64,000 bases of DNA, from the NCBI RefSeq assembly GCF_006345805.1, contig NC_042998.1:77500001-77564000 (forward strand), given 5' to 3'. This DNA comes from Octopus sinensis. Its lineage: Eukaryota. The position numbers and the translations under genes are program-made. This document shows positions 12,827-26,479 of the stretch, piece after piece. Positions within the stretch are counted from its first letter, which is position 1. Every line of letters starts with the position of its first letter. Under the pieces are notes generated by a model. It saw nothing but the letters and a program-made list of their open reading frames with translations. It was not told the DNA's origin and searched no databases.

Positions 12827-13014
12827 GGGAAAGTTTACGAAAAAAACAAAAGACGAAGACAGGTGGTGTACAAAACAAACAGATGTAATAGTATAGCGCT
12901 CAGGAATAGAAAAGGTCTTTTACGTTTCGAGCCTACGCTCTTCTACAGAAAGGGAAACAGAAAAAAACAAGGAGAGAAAAAAATATGTGTAATGGCTAAC
13001 GATCTCTCTTGGCG
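12827..13014 (-). mobile_element. Hammerhead-bearing short repeat (Penelope pLTR-like terminus) in (TA)n
   Basis: Homologous by eye to 29578-29640, 49538-49880 and 55618-56210. Confidence 0.75.
12916..12952 (-). ncRNA. Minimal type-I hammerhead-like motif, variant core CUGUAGA
   Basis: CUUU-CUGUAGA-A-GAGC(GUAG)GCUC-GAAA-CG-U-A-AAAG: stems I and II pair; palindromic ACGU stem III. Confidence 0.65.
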
Positions 13015-13038
13015 TATACATATACATATACATATATG

Positions 13039-13090
<52 letters not shown>

Positions 13091-13365
13091 AGTGTGAATA
13101 TAGAGATAATTAGAAAGCAGCGATGAAACGAATAACGGGGATATACATAGTAAATAAATACATCGATAGTTATTGATATTACAGTATTACATTTAGCTAT
13201 ATTAATTCAGTTCAGAAGGAAAATCTTTTTTTGGGGAGCAGACACGGATGAGAATAGTTGGCTGTTTTGGACGAATGGTTATAATATACTGTAATATATA
13301 AAAATGATTATTGGTGTAATTTCACGTCTGCTGCCTCTATCTGAAAATAGGCTGTAGATTCGACC

Positions 13366-13375
<10 letters not shown>

Positions 13376-13451
<76 letters not shown>

Positions 13452-13460
13452 CCTACCTAT

Positions 13461-13504
<44 letters not shown>

Positions 13505-13505
13505 T
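13376..13505. repeat. (TATC)n microsatellite
   Basis: Direct reading. Confidence 0.95.
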
Positions 13506-13563
13506 TGCCTGTCTGTCTGTCTGCCCGATTGTTCATATATGTATACTTACATACAAATGTGTG

Positions 13564-13613
<50 letters not shown>

Positions 13614-14039
13614 CATGTACATATACTAGCGTAGAGACACACGCACCACGCACACACTCACACACCTTCTATGTGCTAGTTCTTATTGATATTGCTTGCT
13701 CAGTGCTATAATATGAATTCATAGTTAGTCTGTTAGTCTTTGTTTAACTAACTGTAGCATATGTAAGTTATACAGGTTGTATGATTTATATATACGTATA
13801 CATATCTTTATATACTAACAGATATATCTCTTCTGTGCCAGTGGTGTGAATGATAATTAAGAAGAAAAAAATAGCTATGATGTTAGGAAGATTATGTGTT
13901 TATGTCTCTGTGTGTATTTGTGTTTGTGGGAGTGTACATGTACAAGAGTTATAGGTATTTGTGATGTTGTGTATACAGAAGACCTTTGGATTGGTGGTGA
14001 TGCACACTCTCCCAACTCATGAGTGACATATTTCGCTAC

Positions 14040-14710
14040 TCTAGGCCACATCAAGTTTTGCATAAAGCTTGGTAATACTCACGCTCAAACCATCCAGACT
14101 ATTCAGTAAATGTTTTATGATGATGCCATGGGCAAAACTCAGAAGGGTAGAAGCTCTTCGAACATGGTCGCATCTCAGTGGAGAGCGAGGCATGCTCAGG
14201 CAGGACATCAATAAGCCGAAATAAGGAGTCGATTGAGAAAGTTCGACGACTAGTCCTGGAAGCCTGTCGTAGAAATTACTTTCGAAATGGGAATGAGCAT
14301 ATTCAATTTTAACATTGGTTTTGTGCATGCAAAGAGAGTCGGTATAAAAGTAAAGTTGGATACTTTTTTAACGTACCTCGTAATCCAAGCTTTCCTGGAC
14401 AAGAACAATATACAACTTGTTTAACAGGCACCCTAGTCTCCCGACTTGGCACTGTGTGACCTTTGGCTCTTGTCCAAATTGAAGAACAGGCTGAAAGGGA
14501 AGCGATTTGAATCACGAGAGGAAATTATAACAAAAGTCACGGTGGAGCTCCCTAGCATTCCAGAAAAAGCATTCCGGAGGTGTCAACAGTGGTAGAACCA
14601 CTGAGAGAATCCCCAAGGAAATGTGCTGAAGGCGATTAAATATAATTTGTGAAATGTGCAATTTTTTGTTTCAGGCCCGATGGTCGTATACTTATGGAAC
14701 GCACCTCTTA
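14040..14710 (+). mobile_element. Two abutting mariner fragments, each ending in a 3' TIR plus TA
   Basis: N-terminal IKFCIKLG..EHGRISVESEACSGRTS (14045-14335) then TIR GGATACTTTTTTAACGTACCTCG-TA (14358-14382); C-terminal AP*SPDLALCDLWLLSKLKNRLKGKRF then TIR CGTATACTTATGGAACGCACCTCT-TA (14685-14710). Confidence 0.75.
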
Positions 14711-15188
14711 CATGGACAAAGGAACAATTCATTTAGAGAATTACATCTCGACATATATATAAGTTATATATAACAGCATGTAAAAGTCAAATTTCGCCCA
14801 TGGGTCCCGAGCCTATATCTGTCGATATATCAGGCGTACTTCCATTATGCAAAAGCTTTCCAGTATATCTTAATAAGATAAAAATTTATCATGACTGATC
14901 AAATGCATAATGCATATACATTCATCAACACTATTTTATATGCGCACAAAATGAACACTACTTCACTTCCTCATCACAAAACACCAGAAACAGCTGTAAA
15001 GTGTTGTATGGATTCTCCTTTCTCTTGTGGGTAATGTTACATGAACTCTGCTGGAATCGGCTTGTTTATAAAAACCTGCCATTATAAACTCCGTTCGTTA
15101 TTCCGATTTTATACTATTTTCCCGATAATCATATTTATATTGACTTCTGTGTCTCTAATTTCATAGTTAACTTTATCTATTTCACTTC

Positions 15189-15235
<47 letters not shown>

Positions 15236-15869
15236 TCTCTAATATACCCAAATATTTCGTCTTTATACACTTCAAGACAGTGCTCCAGTTTAGGTTTGGC
15301 CGTGACACCTAAATGAACCAAAATAAGTCAAGAACCACACACAGAAAAGTAGCTTGGATAATACCAACAGTTAGAAGAACTATACAATCAATATATGTAA
15401 TTAAAGTATATCACGAAAATGTAATAAAAGTACTGACGAGCAGTATTCTATAGTGAAATATCATGCGTGACTGTAAACATGAAAGTCAACTTTAATCAAA
15501 ACATTCTAAACTATTGACAGATACTGAAGAAAGTTTGCTCATGTTTACAACTCTTATCTAAATTGAATAAAATAACATAAAAGGCTAGCGGACAGGGAAA
15601 TCAACAAAAAGAATTATCCAGCAACCACATATCGGGAACATTTCTTGTAAAACAGATTATATAAAAAGAAGTGTCCAAAAAAGACTTTTATCTGTATCGA
15701 CTTCCTTTTGCCTATAAAGCACATGTACAAAGATAAATCAAGTTCATTTTAAGTTTTTTTCTCAAGAAACTAAGTTTGTGAAGAAACGGTTTTTGTGACA
15801 CCCTAGACCTAGGAGATTAAGGAAAATATATAAGATGAACTCTCCCGTCGAAGACAACATATGAGCGTT

Positions 15870-16125
15870 GAACTTTTGTCCAACGACCTGCATACATGGT
15901 TTGTTTATATTGATCAATTGGTCGTGCCACACATTAACACACTCTGTCCATCAAATCAATGTTGTCTGAACAGGTGCACAGTGTACAACACGTCAGGTGT
16001 CAAGGTGATCTCAGAGCAACGTAAGATGAAGTGTTTTGCTCAAGAACACAACAAAATAACCTGTCGAAGGAACTGAAACCACGATCTGGTGATCGTGAGT
16101 GTAACGTCCAATCACTAAGCCACGT
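15870..16125 (-). mobile_element. tRNA-derived SINE
   Basis: Minus strand GTGGCTTAGTGATTGG (A-box like), GGTTTCAGTTCC (B-box like), then GTGTTCTTGAGCAAAACACTT central-domain-like motif. Confidence 0.7.
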
Positions 16126-16259
16126 ATATATATATATATACCCATTATTAAAGAAAAATCATTTACCATTTACTCTGGGCTAGGTATCTCATTAAACTCT
16201 CGAGTTCTATACGCACGCAGTTTTCTGCACTTATCAGTCCCCTTCCTCCATTTGCTCTG

Positions 16260-16835
16260 TTTATGTATTGGCAATTACTGTCCACAAGTGGATAATGAGC
16301 TCCATGCATCGTATGGAGTTTCGTTGACTCCCTGTCCACTTCAGGATTCCAGCGCCATACAACACTATTGCGACTGCGCGCGACTTTAATGCTGAAATTA
16401 TGTTTCTGGCATTCAGTTTTGACGCTGATATTTTTCTCACTCGCCGCAGGTGCACTCTTTTTGTCTTTTCCTTCTTGTCGTGGTGTTTGACTCTCTTTGC
16501 CTCAAGTATTCCAAGATATTTATAGCTGGAATGAGTTTGAATTGCCTTCATCATTTATCTACTTGGCAACCAAATGCCTTCTGTCCTGGTATGCATCAGA
16601 GTACATTTTGAGATTCCAAACTCCATCTTAATATCATTGGAGAAAATCTACACAGACTGGATTAGGCCTCAGGTCGGCCATGAACAGCAAGTGGTTCAGT
16701 TTTCCCTTGCCACTTCCCAGAGCATATCCCAGATCATATCTCAACTTTGTTTTCCGTAGTATTTCATTCAGGGGAATCATTCCCAGCACGAATATCAGCA
16801 ACTTATCTCTGGAAGATTCCTCTCTGATTTTCATT
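16260..16835 (-). mobile_element. Dong/R4-type LINE fragment (RT core and thumb)
   Basis: RGIFQ..LIFVLGMIPLNEILRKT..KLNHLLFMADL; YKYLGILEA..RVRKISASKLNARNII.A..RAVAIVLYGAGILKWT. Confidence 0.8.
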
Positions 16836-16849
16836 ATTATCATTGTTAC

Positions 16850-17640
16850 TATTTGATGAAAACTCTGAGCTTATTTTACTGGGTATCATGGAAAGTGTCA
16901 GTTGTCCACAGCCAGCAAACTGAAATGACACTTATTTACCGATCACGCTTTAAGAAGCCCGCGAAGAATTTTTGCAGTTCCAAGTGATGTTGATTTTTGT
17001 AGGTTTTCTATCTTTACATTTGTACCAAGCTTTTTGCACCATGCTGATACCTCCAAGAGCGCCAATTACTATTGGTATCACATCTACTCTCCTCAATGAT
17101 CACGACCTTCGTATTTTCCACTTGAAATAGTCATAGTTATTTAGTCTTTGTTCTTCTTTCTCTTTGATCCTCTTGTCACCGGGACATGCTATGTCAATTA
17201 TCATGCATGTGCTTTTTTTACCACAACAATGTACGATTTCGGATATCTGGTCGGGTGATTGCACTGAATAATTGCATTTCACAAGATTTGGCAATTCTCA
17301 TTCTCGGCAATTCTTTGTGAGGTTTCTCATACCACGCCTTTGCACTTTGTAGGCCGTGATTTCCACGGAGCTCCCAATGGATCATTCTTGCCAAATTATC
17401 ATGTCGTCTTTTGTATTCGCGTTGTGCCAATTTCGGGCATTTGCTAACGAAATGCCATACCATTTCACCCCTCTCACCTCACATTCTACATTTGTCGCTG
17501 ACGGTATTGTTGTCTATTCTGCTCTTCACATAATTGGTCCTTAACGTTTGTTAATGAGCTGCGCATATAAGTGTTTCTCTCTCTATCTTCAGGTCACTCC
17601 GCTTCCTGCATGGCCACCGGTCTTCTGTATCTTAGTGGTT
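16850..17640 (-). mobile_element. Dong/R4-type LINE 3' fragment (Zn knuckle, RLE, 3' UTR)
   Basis: HFVSKCPKLAQREYKRRHDNLARMIHWEL; RPDI..IIDIACPGD; VIPIVIGALG; degenerate TAA tail near 16835-16860; ATT tract at 17644-17678. Confidence 0.82.
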
Positions 17641-17689
17641 AACATTATTATTATTATTATCATCATCATCATCATCATTGTCTTTCAAC

Positions 17690-18047
17690 TCTGTTTCCAT
17701 TTCTTGTGGAGTGTCTCTCTGACACTTAGGGCAGAGATACTGACTGTATACAATGATAGGCCATTAAAATAAAAGGGCACGATTGCTCATTTAGAAAGAG
17801 AAAAGGGGGAAAAGACAGAGAGAAAAAAAAGAAAAAACAAAAACAAATAAACAGCGAAAACAAAGTGGAAAAAAGAAAAGAAAATTCAGTGACAATGCTC
17901 TTCTCACTACGTGTGACGCACCAGTGAAGACAATCTTTTGGATTTCCTGCATGGGTGGTAAGTCAGTGATCATTCTCAAATAATTTTCAGGTCCTACTTT
18001 CCAAGTGCTTCGTCTTGAGATGCCACTATTATTATTATTTTTATTAT
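17690..18047 (-). mobile_element. Dong/R4-type LINE extreme 3' fragment
   Basis: YLRMITDLPPMQEIQKIVFTGASHVVRRALS; 3' UTR (CTTAGGGCAGAGA) resembles that of the 50-kb copy; ATT tracts on both sides. Confidence 0.72.
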
Positions 18048-18073
18048 TATTATTGTTATTATTATTATTATTA

Positions 18074-18135
<62 letters not shown>

Positions 18136-18185
18136 GTTGTTGTTGTTGCTGCTGTTTTGTTGTTGTAGTTGTTGTTATTATTATT

Positions 18186-18785
18186 TCTCTTTATCACATT
18201 TAGTTGACGCTCCTGGAGTGTTGCAAGCGTAGCGGATTTGCTGCCTGCAGCCTTCAATACCATGTTATCCGTTCTTTTCATTTATTTAATACCTTCCTGA
18301 TTATTCTAGCCTAGGAAGCAAACCTTTTGTAACAGTTCTACTAGGTACTCTATTGCATTTTAATTTAAATTCCCTTTGAGGTCTTCTGATACTGTTCCCA
18401 AGGATCCTACAATAATTTTCCCTATCTTCACCGTCTTCATTTTCCATAGCCGGGCTATTTCGCACTTATCAGGGTTGTATTTGTCTATCTTTTCGCCTTC
18501 CTTCCAGATTTTCGTGGGTCAAAGGGGCATACAACATTAACAATATAGCATGTGCGATGCGCCTTCCACCATAACTAGGTTCGATCTTTTATGTTCTAGC
18601 AACTAATCTGTTTCGATTGGTAAATCCCAGAGGATTTTGCTAGTCTCCTATTCCACCACTCTCTGCGATTTGTGCTCATACCACGTATTATCTCTCTCTA
18701 GCTCCATTTTTCGCACATTTCCAACGTAGCACTTTCGCTCACTGATCATATCACCGCAACTTATAACAGTTCTGAGCATTTCGCT
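18186..18785 (-). mobile_element. Dong/R4-type LINE RLE fragment
   Basis: WYEHK..KILWDLPIETD; KEGEKIDKY..EIARLWKMKTV..IIVGSLGTV; tail is the ATT tract at 18048-18185. Confidence 0.72.
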
Positions 18786-18789
18786 AACA

Positions 18790-19430
18790 TTTCAAAAGTG
18801 TTGCATGAAGGTTACCAGCATGTAGCGAAAAAATATCCTCATTTCAAACAGATATTTCCTCAGCCGCGTATTGTAGCCTTTAGACGGAATAAGAATATAA
18901 GAGAATTATTGGCCTCTATATCTGACTCCAAGAAAACGAACATTGGCGTATCTACACGCTGTACCTTAAAGAAAAGCCGCAAGAGAGGTAATCCCTGAAC
19001 ATTGTGTAACAACGTGAGTGAATTGAATTCCATCAGAAATCATAACAGAAATGTTATGATTTATACAGAAGGTGAAACATGTAAAGATTCCCACTTGGTG
19101 TACGCTGCAGAATGCTCGAAACACAAATTAATTTATGTTGGTTGCACAACAGAACAATTAAAGGAAAGGTTTCATGGGCGCAGATTCGACGTCAGGCACA
19201 ATAACAGTAGTTCGACAGAACTTGCTGAACATTTCGTTTCAAGCAGCTGCAATTTCGAAGAAGACTTGAAAGTGCATATTCTCAGAAAATATTCTGAATC
19301 TGCTTCACTTTCACTTCTTCAGAATGTATGAGGAGAAATATGTTTGCGGTTTATTAACATCACGCCCTGGCGGAATGAATAAGATGACAGGAGAATATTA
19401 TCAAATTTATAAAAAACTGTTTGACTAAAT
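18790..19430 (+). mobile_element. Penelope-like element fragment, GIY-YIG endonuclease
   Basis: FPQPRIVAFRRNKNIRELL; TCKDSHLVYAAECSKHKLIYVGCTTEQLKERF..R..ELAEHF; EEKYVC.L.T..PGGMN. Confidence 0.85.
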
Positions 19431-19736
19431 TGTCTTTTTTCTCTCTTTTTCTTTCCTTTTTTCTGTCATCTTCTTTTTTCTGTCATCTTCTTTTTTCTGT
19501 TTTTTTCTTTTCTATCTTTTTCTTTTCGCCTGTTATAAAATTGTGACTTAAACATTGATGATGCCATTCCATCAACGTGTGGATGCTGGTTGCTCTCGTT
19601 CATACTTTACGTTTAAATTTCTGAAATTTTGAATTTTTATCACTTCATATTTCGAACTTGACAAAGACAAACATACTGTTGAAATAACGTTCAACTAATA
19701 AAATATCTTACAATCGAATCGCGCTCTTGTCTTGAC

Positions 19737-19753
19737 TATTATTATTGTTATTA

Positions 19754-19841
<88 letters not shown>

Positions 19842-21295
19842 CATTATTATTATTATCATCATCATCATCATTATTATTATCATCGTCATCATCATCATCA
19901 TCATCATCATCATTTTTTTTACTCAGGTTCGGTCTTATTCTGGGTAGTATTTATGTGTATAACGGGTTACTACCTGTAACCTTAGGTATCCACAAGTTTT
20001 CAGCAATCTTTCAAGTGCTTAGAACCCTCTTGATAATCCTTGCTGTCCCTAAGTGATAAACGTTCTCTAGGAGCTCTACCGGACACTCATTTCAATCTCC
20101 TTCAACACTTTGTCCATATACTATCTTAGTGTTCCCAATGCACTAATTATTATAGATACGACCTTTACTGTTCGTTGCTCCAAATTTTGCCTATTTCAAA
20201 TGTTAAGGGATCGTAATTTTTGATTCTCTTCCTCTTTCTTTATGATCGAGCATGATGGGTCGATAAGTAAGCAACTTCGCTTTTCCTTGTCTATTATCAT
20301 TATGTCTGGTCTATTATATTATATTTTTTTGTATGTTTGAATAGGAAAATTCAACAAAATTTTGCATTTCTCTGACTCCAGCACTCTTTCGACTCGATAA
20401 TTCTACCATGTGTTTTCAGCTTCAAATTTCCATTTCTGGCACAATTTCCAGTGTAAAACTTTTACAACCTGGTCGTGCCTCCATTTATTACATTCCTCCT
20501 CTGCCAATTTGGGGCATTCTGCCAGAACGTGTACCACTGTCTCGTTCCAAGTTCCACAATCTCTATATTCTTCTGACACATTCTCACCATATGGATATTT
20601 TTTTATCAAATTGTTTGTATTTATCGCTTGATCTTAGGCTGCTACAACTAGGCTCTATGTTTCTGTTTTTAATGGCCCCTTTTTTAACCAAGCCCAGTAT
20701 TTTGATCTGTCTGCTCTCTCTATATTTCATTCTTGTCTTTTCTCCTATTACGCGCTTCATCATCTGTCCTTTATTAACTATCTTTAGTAGCTTTTCTGTG
20801 CTGCTCTGTAAATACTCTACTAGTCCTTTTCTTTCAATTTGTACACATTCTTCTACTGCTACTAAGCATCTTCCAACCTGGTCTCTCCTCAACTACAGCC
20901 AGTTGACATCAGCTTTCAGATAGTGGACTCCATACATCGTCAACGATTTCCTAGTTTTCTGCCAAGTTTCTTTAATTTTTGGCTGGTCTATTCTATAATC
21001 CCAACTCCATATCCGATTAAGGGTACTGATCTTGACTTTATTGAATTCGGGTTTGACTGCATTAATTTTCTTACTCCCCTTATGTATTCTCAGCTGGTAA
21101 TTTGTTTCATTTCTTCATTTTTATCTCGTCTGCTTCCACTATTCCCGAGTACTTATACTACTGACCTTTCTCAATCTTCTTCATTGTTTGCCCATATGGC
21201 ATATCACTTCCATGGCTCTCTTTTCAATTCTTCCTCTCTTCAATTTCAATATAGCGCACTTTTCTATCCCCTATTCCATACCTACATCATTTGAG
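19737..21295 (-). mobile_element. 5'-truncated Dong/R4-type LINE with long (TAA/TGA)n tail
   Basis: VEECVQIERKGLVEYL; ETVVHVLAECPKLAEEECNKWRHDQVVKVLHWKLC; tail 19737-19912. Confidence 0.85.
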
Positions 21296-21579
21296 AAAAT
21301 GCAAATAGTATGTACACGACTTTCAAGCTATATATATATATTTTTATATTCCCTCATTAAATTACCCTAAATATATTTTCCAAAGAGAATACATTCCCCG
21401 AATATATTACCCATTGTTGACATGATATTAATTACTACCTCAATAATTGTACCGTCAGGTACATATTCTTCGTAGTTAATTCATCACGAATTTGGCGGAT
21501 ACTGCGCTTCTTGTACTTTGCTGAGGTGAAAATAAATTTAAGCTATGCTAGAATTATCTGGATATCTAGCATAGTTACA

Positions 21580-21657
<78 letters not shown>

Positions 21658-23989
21658 TATATATATATTTCCGAGTTAAATTTATCATGGTTTATTCATT
21701 AAACATGTTAAGTCTATTGTCTTTAATTATTGGCATGTTGTTGATAGAGAATGATTATGTGTCCCATTAACCCATGGCATTCGGCTGATCAATTAGTTTA
21801 GAAATAAGGCTAAAATTCAACTTGAGAAATATATTTTGATCAATGTCAGTGTTTGTCCAGTATGGTCGTATCATAGACTTTTGGAAGCCACAAACATAAA
21901 TTAAATGAATGCTTTAACTTCATTTATACTGCTAGAGATCACCTAATACAATTTTTGGCCAGGAGATACTCGAATGTCAGAATCATTTAATACTTGTATT
22001 AAATCTCTTCGTTAGTGCATGAAGTCACTTCAGTTACTGTTCTTAACCTTCAGGTAAGTATTCGTTTGAAAGTAAAAAAAAAATCGCTTTTAAGAAGTAT
22101 TGTAGTGGTTTCAATTTCAACAACAATGATATTCAACACAGATACAGAAACTCTGATTATGTAATTTCCTTTATAGTAAATGAATTAATGTCATTAGCTA
22201 GGGTTCATCGCAATTAGAATGGCTATCCAATATTGTAGATCTGAAGAACGTGGAATAAAACACTATTGACATGAACCACCGATTCAGCAAGTACCATAGC
22301 TGCTGCGGGGTTTTCGGTTTTATTAGAGTTGAAAGATATTTCCAACATACTCAAAAGTTGATTCCAACATTGTTAGTATCAACTAAGCTAAACTTTCCTA
22401 ATGTTTTATGATTGGATGACGCCGTATCGGTACGTGATCATGTTTTGCGGAGAGTTATTCATTGAGGAAAGCATCTAAAACATATTGCGTGTGATACATT
22501 AAAATTGCACACAAATAGGTGAAATTGTAATAGTTACTAACATCAACACGAATTCGGCAAGCAATATCAGATTTAAGCATCATAAATGTATTACCATGGT
22601 GTTATAAATGAGGTTACACGTTGATTTGAGAACGAAACAATAAATTCATTGTCTGTTTTTAAACAAATTTGTTACTCTTCTACGTGATTGAAAAATGCTC
22701 TAGAAATCTTATTAGGAATAAGACAGTTGACTATACCAACTGAATTTTGTGCAGCAGAAATTCAGTAGTTATTAATTTATTCTATAACTTTACTGACAAA
22801 TAATAATATTGTGAAATTCATGTTTGTTTCAACATTATTAATACATTGACTGACATGATATATTTACAATAGTGTATCGAAAGGATGAACAAAGCTGGTT
22901 CTCAGATGTACTAATTTATGAGCTGCCATGAAAACGTTAAGGACACAGCAAATATGCTCTTGGGACGACAAACCAAAATTTAGTGCTGTTCTTAACTCTA
23001 CACGTGCAAAACACACCACTATGCAATTCAGCCACTTGCTGTCAATGTATAAAATATTTTAAACTTATAAACAGTTTGGGTGCACATGAAATGTATGTTG
23101 CTTTGCCAAATTTTAAATATTTTTATATAACATCTACCCGTAAAGTCGAACAAAAACTAGAACTATAAAATGATGAGTTATGTGAGGAGTTATTAAACTG
23201 ATTGTAAATTTGATGAGTTGTACTTTTAATTCAGTTCTTTTAACTCCACCAAAGCGAAGACATTGGTGTTTAGGTCCAGATCATTGCTTGTCGACATCCC
23301 TTTTCGTATGTAAAGAGGCAGATTTTGTTATTCAAATCCAGGCCAACCGTAATCAAGCGTCACAAAGAGTGAAGACATAGCTATGATAATATAGTTTTCC
23401 TACTGACAAAATCTAACTGGGAATGAATTTTCAGATGTAGTTCCTTCATACGTGGCATACAACTTCAAAGTGATGCCGAGCGAATCCCCTTCGTTGACGA
23501 ATTGTATTCATGTTGTTTAGGTTCAAATCAGCTCAAACCGAGCAAACACATAACCAATAACACTCCTGCCATAAACATTCGGCTTTTAAAAATAATATGG
23601 AGCAATATATTTAGTATGCCATTCCTTGTTTCTAGTGGTTGGTGCTAATGTTTTGAATATGATTTGTAAATTTTTTGATCTTCTGTAGATTCTACGAAGT
23701 GCTGGTTAACTATCGGAAGAATAAACTTTGTGCCGATTTCCTTCGACTTTCTTTGTATTGGAATCATACCACATATTTTGAGAGAAGTGCGTGTTTGCTT
23801 GTAATTAAACGTGAAAATATATGCATCTTATACTCTCTTCATTGATAGGTTTGTTTCTGCATATCAGTAAATTCTGGAGGTACCCCATGGAGGAGTGCAT
23901 GAGAACAACCTTAACAACTCACTAACATCAATAATCAAAACTTTAATTCGATTCTCTTGCTGAATTAGTCCCACTAGGATATTTTGAAC

Positions 23990-24310
23990 TTTCTGAAGAC
24001 GTTTTCATTTGTTCTTTAATCTAATGAGGGTTTGTAAAAATGATGGTCACGTTGTTTGGTGAAGATTGAGGAAGAGTTTGTCATGTGTTTAGAGCATGTA
24101 GATGTATGTTGGCTTGTTTGTTTCATGTAGTTCATATACATATTTGCTGTTTCAATACACTCAACACTATGGATGTAAGTTGAGTGATATTTACTACACT
24201 TTCAAGATTCTTTGTTAAGTATTGTTTTCATTTCTAGTTTATTTGTGAAAGTCTTTGATATTTCGTTTAGAATTTTATGTGCCTGAGTTTAATATCGGAT
24301 TATATATGTT
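23990..24310 (-). mobile_element. Possible very old Penelope-like relic
   Basis: Minus strand YNPILN..KILNEISKTFTNKLEMKTILNKES resembles the PLE linker before GIY-YIG; weak. Confidence 0.3.
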
Positions 24311-24424
24311 TAGTGTAGAGCCGTCGCTTTCAAGTTGTGTCTATGCTCTGTGCGACTTCACGGCTTCAAATTCTCAAGTGAACTTAAAGTTCAATGAGAA
24401 AAGACTGTAACTTTGAATTTACCC

Positions 24425-24560
24425 CCATATATGGTACTACCGTTATCAACTACAAAGGAATGAATCGAAAATTTGAATATAACGCTATTTGAATTCAATG
24501 TGCAGAAAGGTAGAATGAATATTGCAAAGCATTTAATCAGGCATTCTAACCAGCCTGCTA
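24425..24560 (-). mobile_element. Decayed SINE (same family as 38185 and 44035)
   Basis: TGAATTCAAAT..TTCATTCCTTTGTAGTTGATAA..AGTACC. Confidence 0.5.
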
Positions 24561-26127
24561 TTGTGCGAGTATTATCAGTTATGATCTTTCTGTGACACTT
24601 ATTTGTTATTTGACTATGGATCTAGTTGTGTCTATCCTGTTTTTGTCTGGCCTAATACATACGAGAATCGACTATCTGACATACACACTGCTTTTTCTGA
24701 CACTTGGATGACGCTCTAGGCAAGTTTTGTTACTGTATCAAAATGGCGTAGCAACGCGAGGAGGATTCCATTTTGACTTCTTTTATATGCTTGTACTTAT
24801 AGTGACAAGTATGTGAACGTTGGGACACTCCGTGAAAATGAGCTACTCCTCGCATATCCACATGGTCTTTTGTTTGAAGCATTTTTTCTTCCTGTTCAGA
24901 GAATCGCTTGATAAGGTTACTATACCACTGGAGAGAATATGGGACTTGCATAGAGTTGTTTCATTCAATGTCTATTGTCGAACGATTATAGACGAAGGCA
25001 GAGCTGGAATAATTTATCATGTGTCTCTTACGTGGTCAGAAATTTAATGACTTAGATACTAAATGTTTGGCTAAATTGGCTGCTACTGAATAATCCCGGC
25101 CACTTAGTGTTTCATTTTGTTATTTACTTTCAATACGACGTCTATCTGCATCAGTTGGCAATGTGTTAGGAACATATTTTATTCTTCTGCGCGTAATATA
25201 TGTTTACGTATTGCAGTAATAAAGCTGATATTTTACCTGCTTTGCAGGTACTAAATAGAAGATAGATGCTATTTGTAAGATTTTCAATAGTAGCAAGTAC
25301 AGGAATGAAAAAGAACAATTCGTACTTTACAATTTCTAATCAGTCCTTTTGAACAAATGCCCGTGTTTTATACTAAAGACGTGTAACTAAATACTTCAAC
25401 AATAATACATTTTCCAGTGGATAAACATCTGAGTAGTCGCCCGAAATGTTAGAAATAACAGCATAATCAGCCTGAAATATTTCCCCGTCTTAAAATGATA
25501 TATGAAACAGTGTACATCCTGATGGAAAGGCGAAAGTGCAAATGTCATGGATAAGACGTCTTTATATATAGAATCTTTAAATATAGAACTGCTTGACAGC
25601 AGTAGTTTTAGAGTTAAACAACAACCACAAGATCAACAACAATAAAAACATTAATTACACGACAATGACAATAAATAAATATTGTATCACAGCTGCTCTA
25701 ATAGTATTTTGGCGTTTTTGCAATCTGAAATATTCCATTACATAAACTAATAAAGTGTAAACATGTTTATCTACAGCAGGCTTTCAAAGATAGTAATTTA
25801 TATGTAACCTGTTACAATGACTTCTATTGTAATGAGAAATGAGAAATGAGAAATGATAATCACTACAGCTAGCGATCAGGTGTCTTTAGCTGAAAGGTAA
25901 TGAAAATAGTGTTGTAATATTTAAGAAATGTCAATAAATGAAAAATAAAATTGAATTTAAAAAAATGGTAAAATAAATAAAAGAATATGTAACAATTTGT
26001 TAAAAAAATCTGAAGATACAAAAACAAATATAAATGTCAACATATACAATGAAAGTCTGAAACATGAAGAATTAAAAATGTGTAGTTAGTTTACTGTCAG
26101 AATCTCTCTCTCTCTCCCTCTCTCTCC

Positions 26128-26479
<352 letters not shown>

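Noticed and set aside
21960-22060. CAG/GTAAGT splice donor at about 22053 as a host exon end
   Set aside because: A single consensus motif with no supported acceptor, ORF or homology
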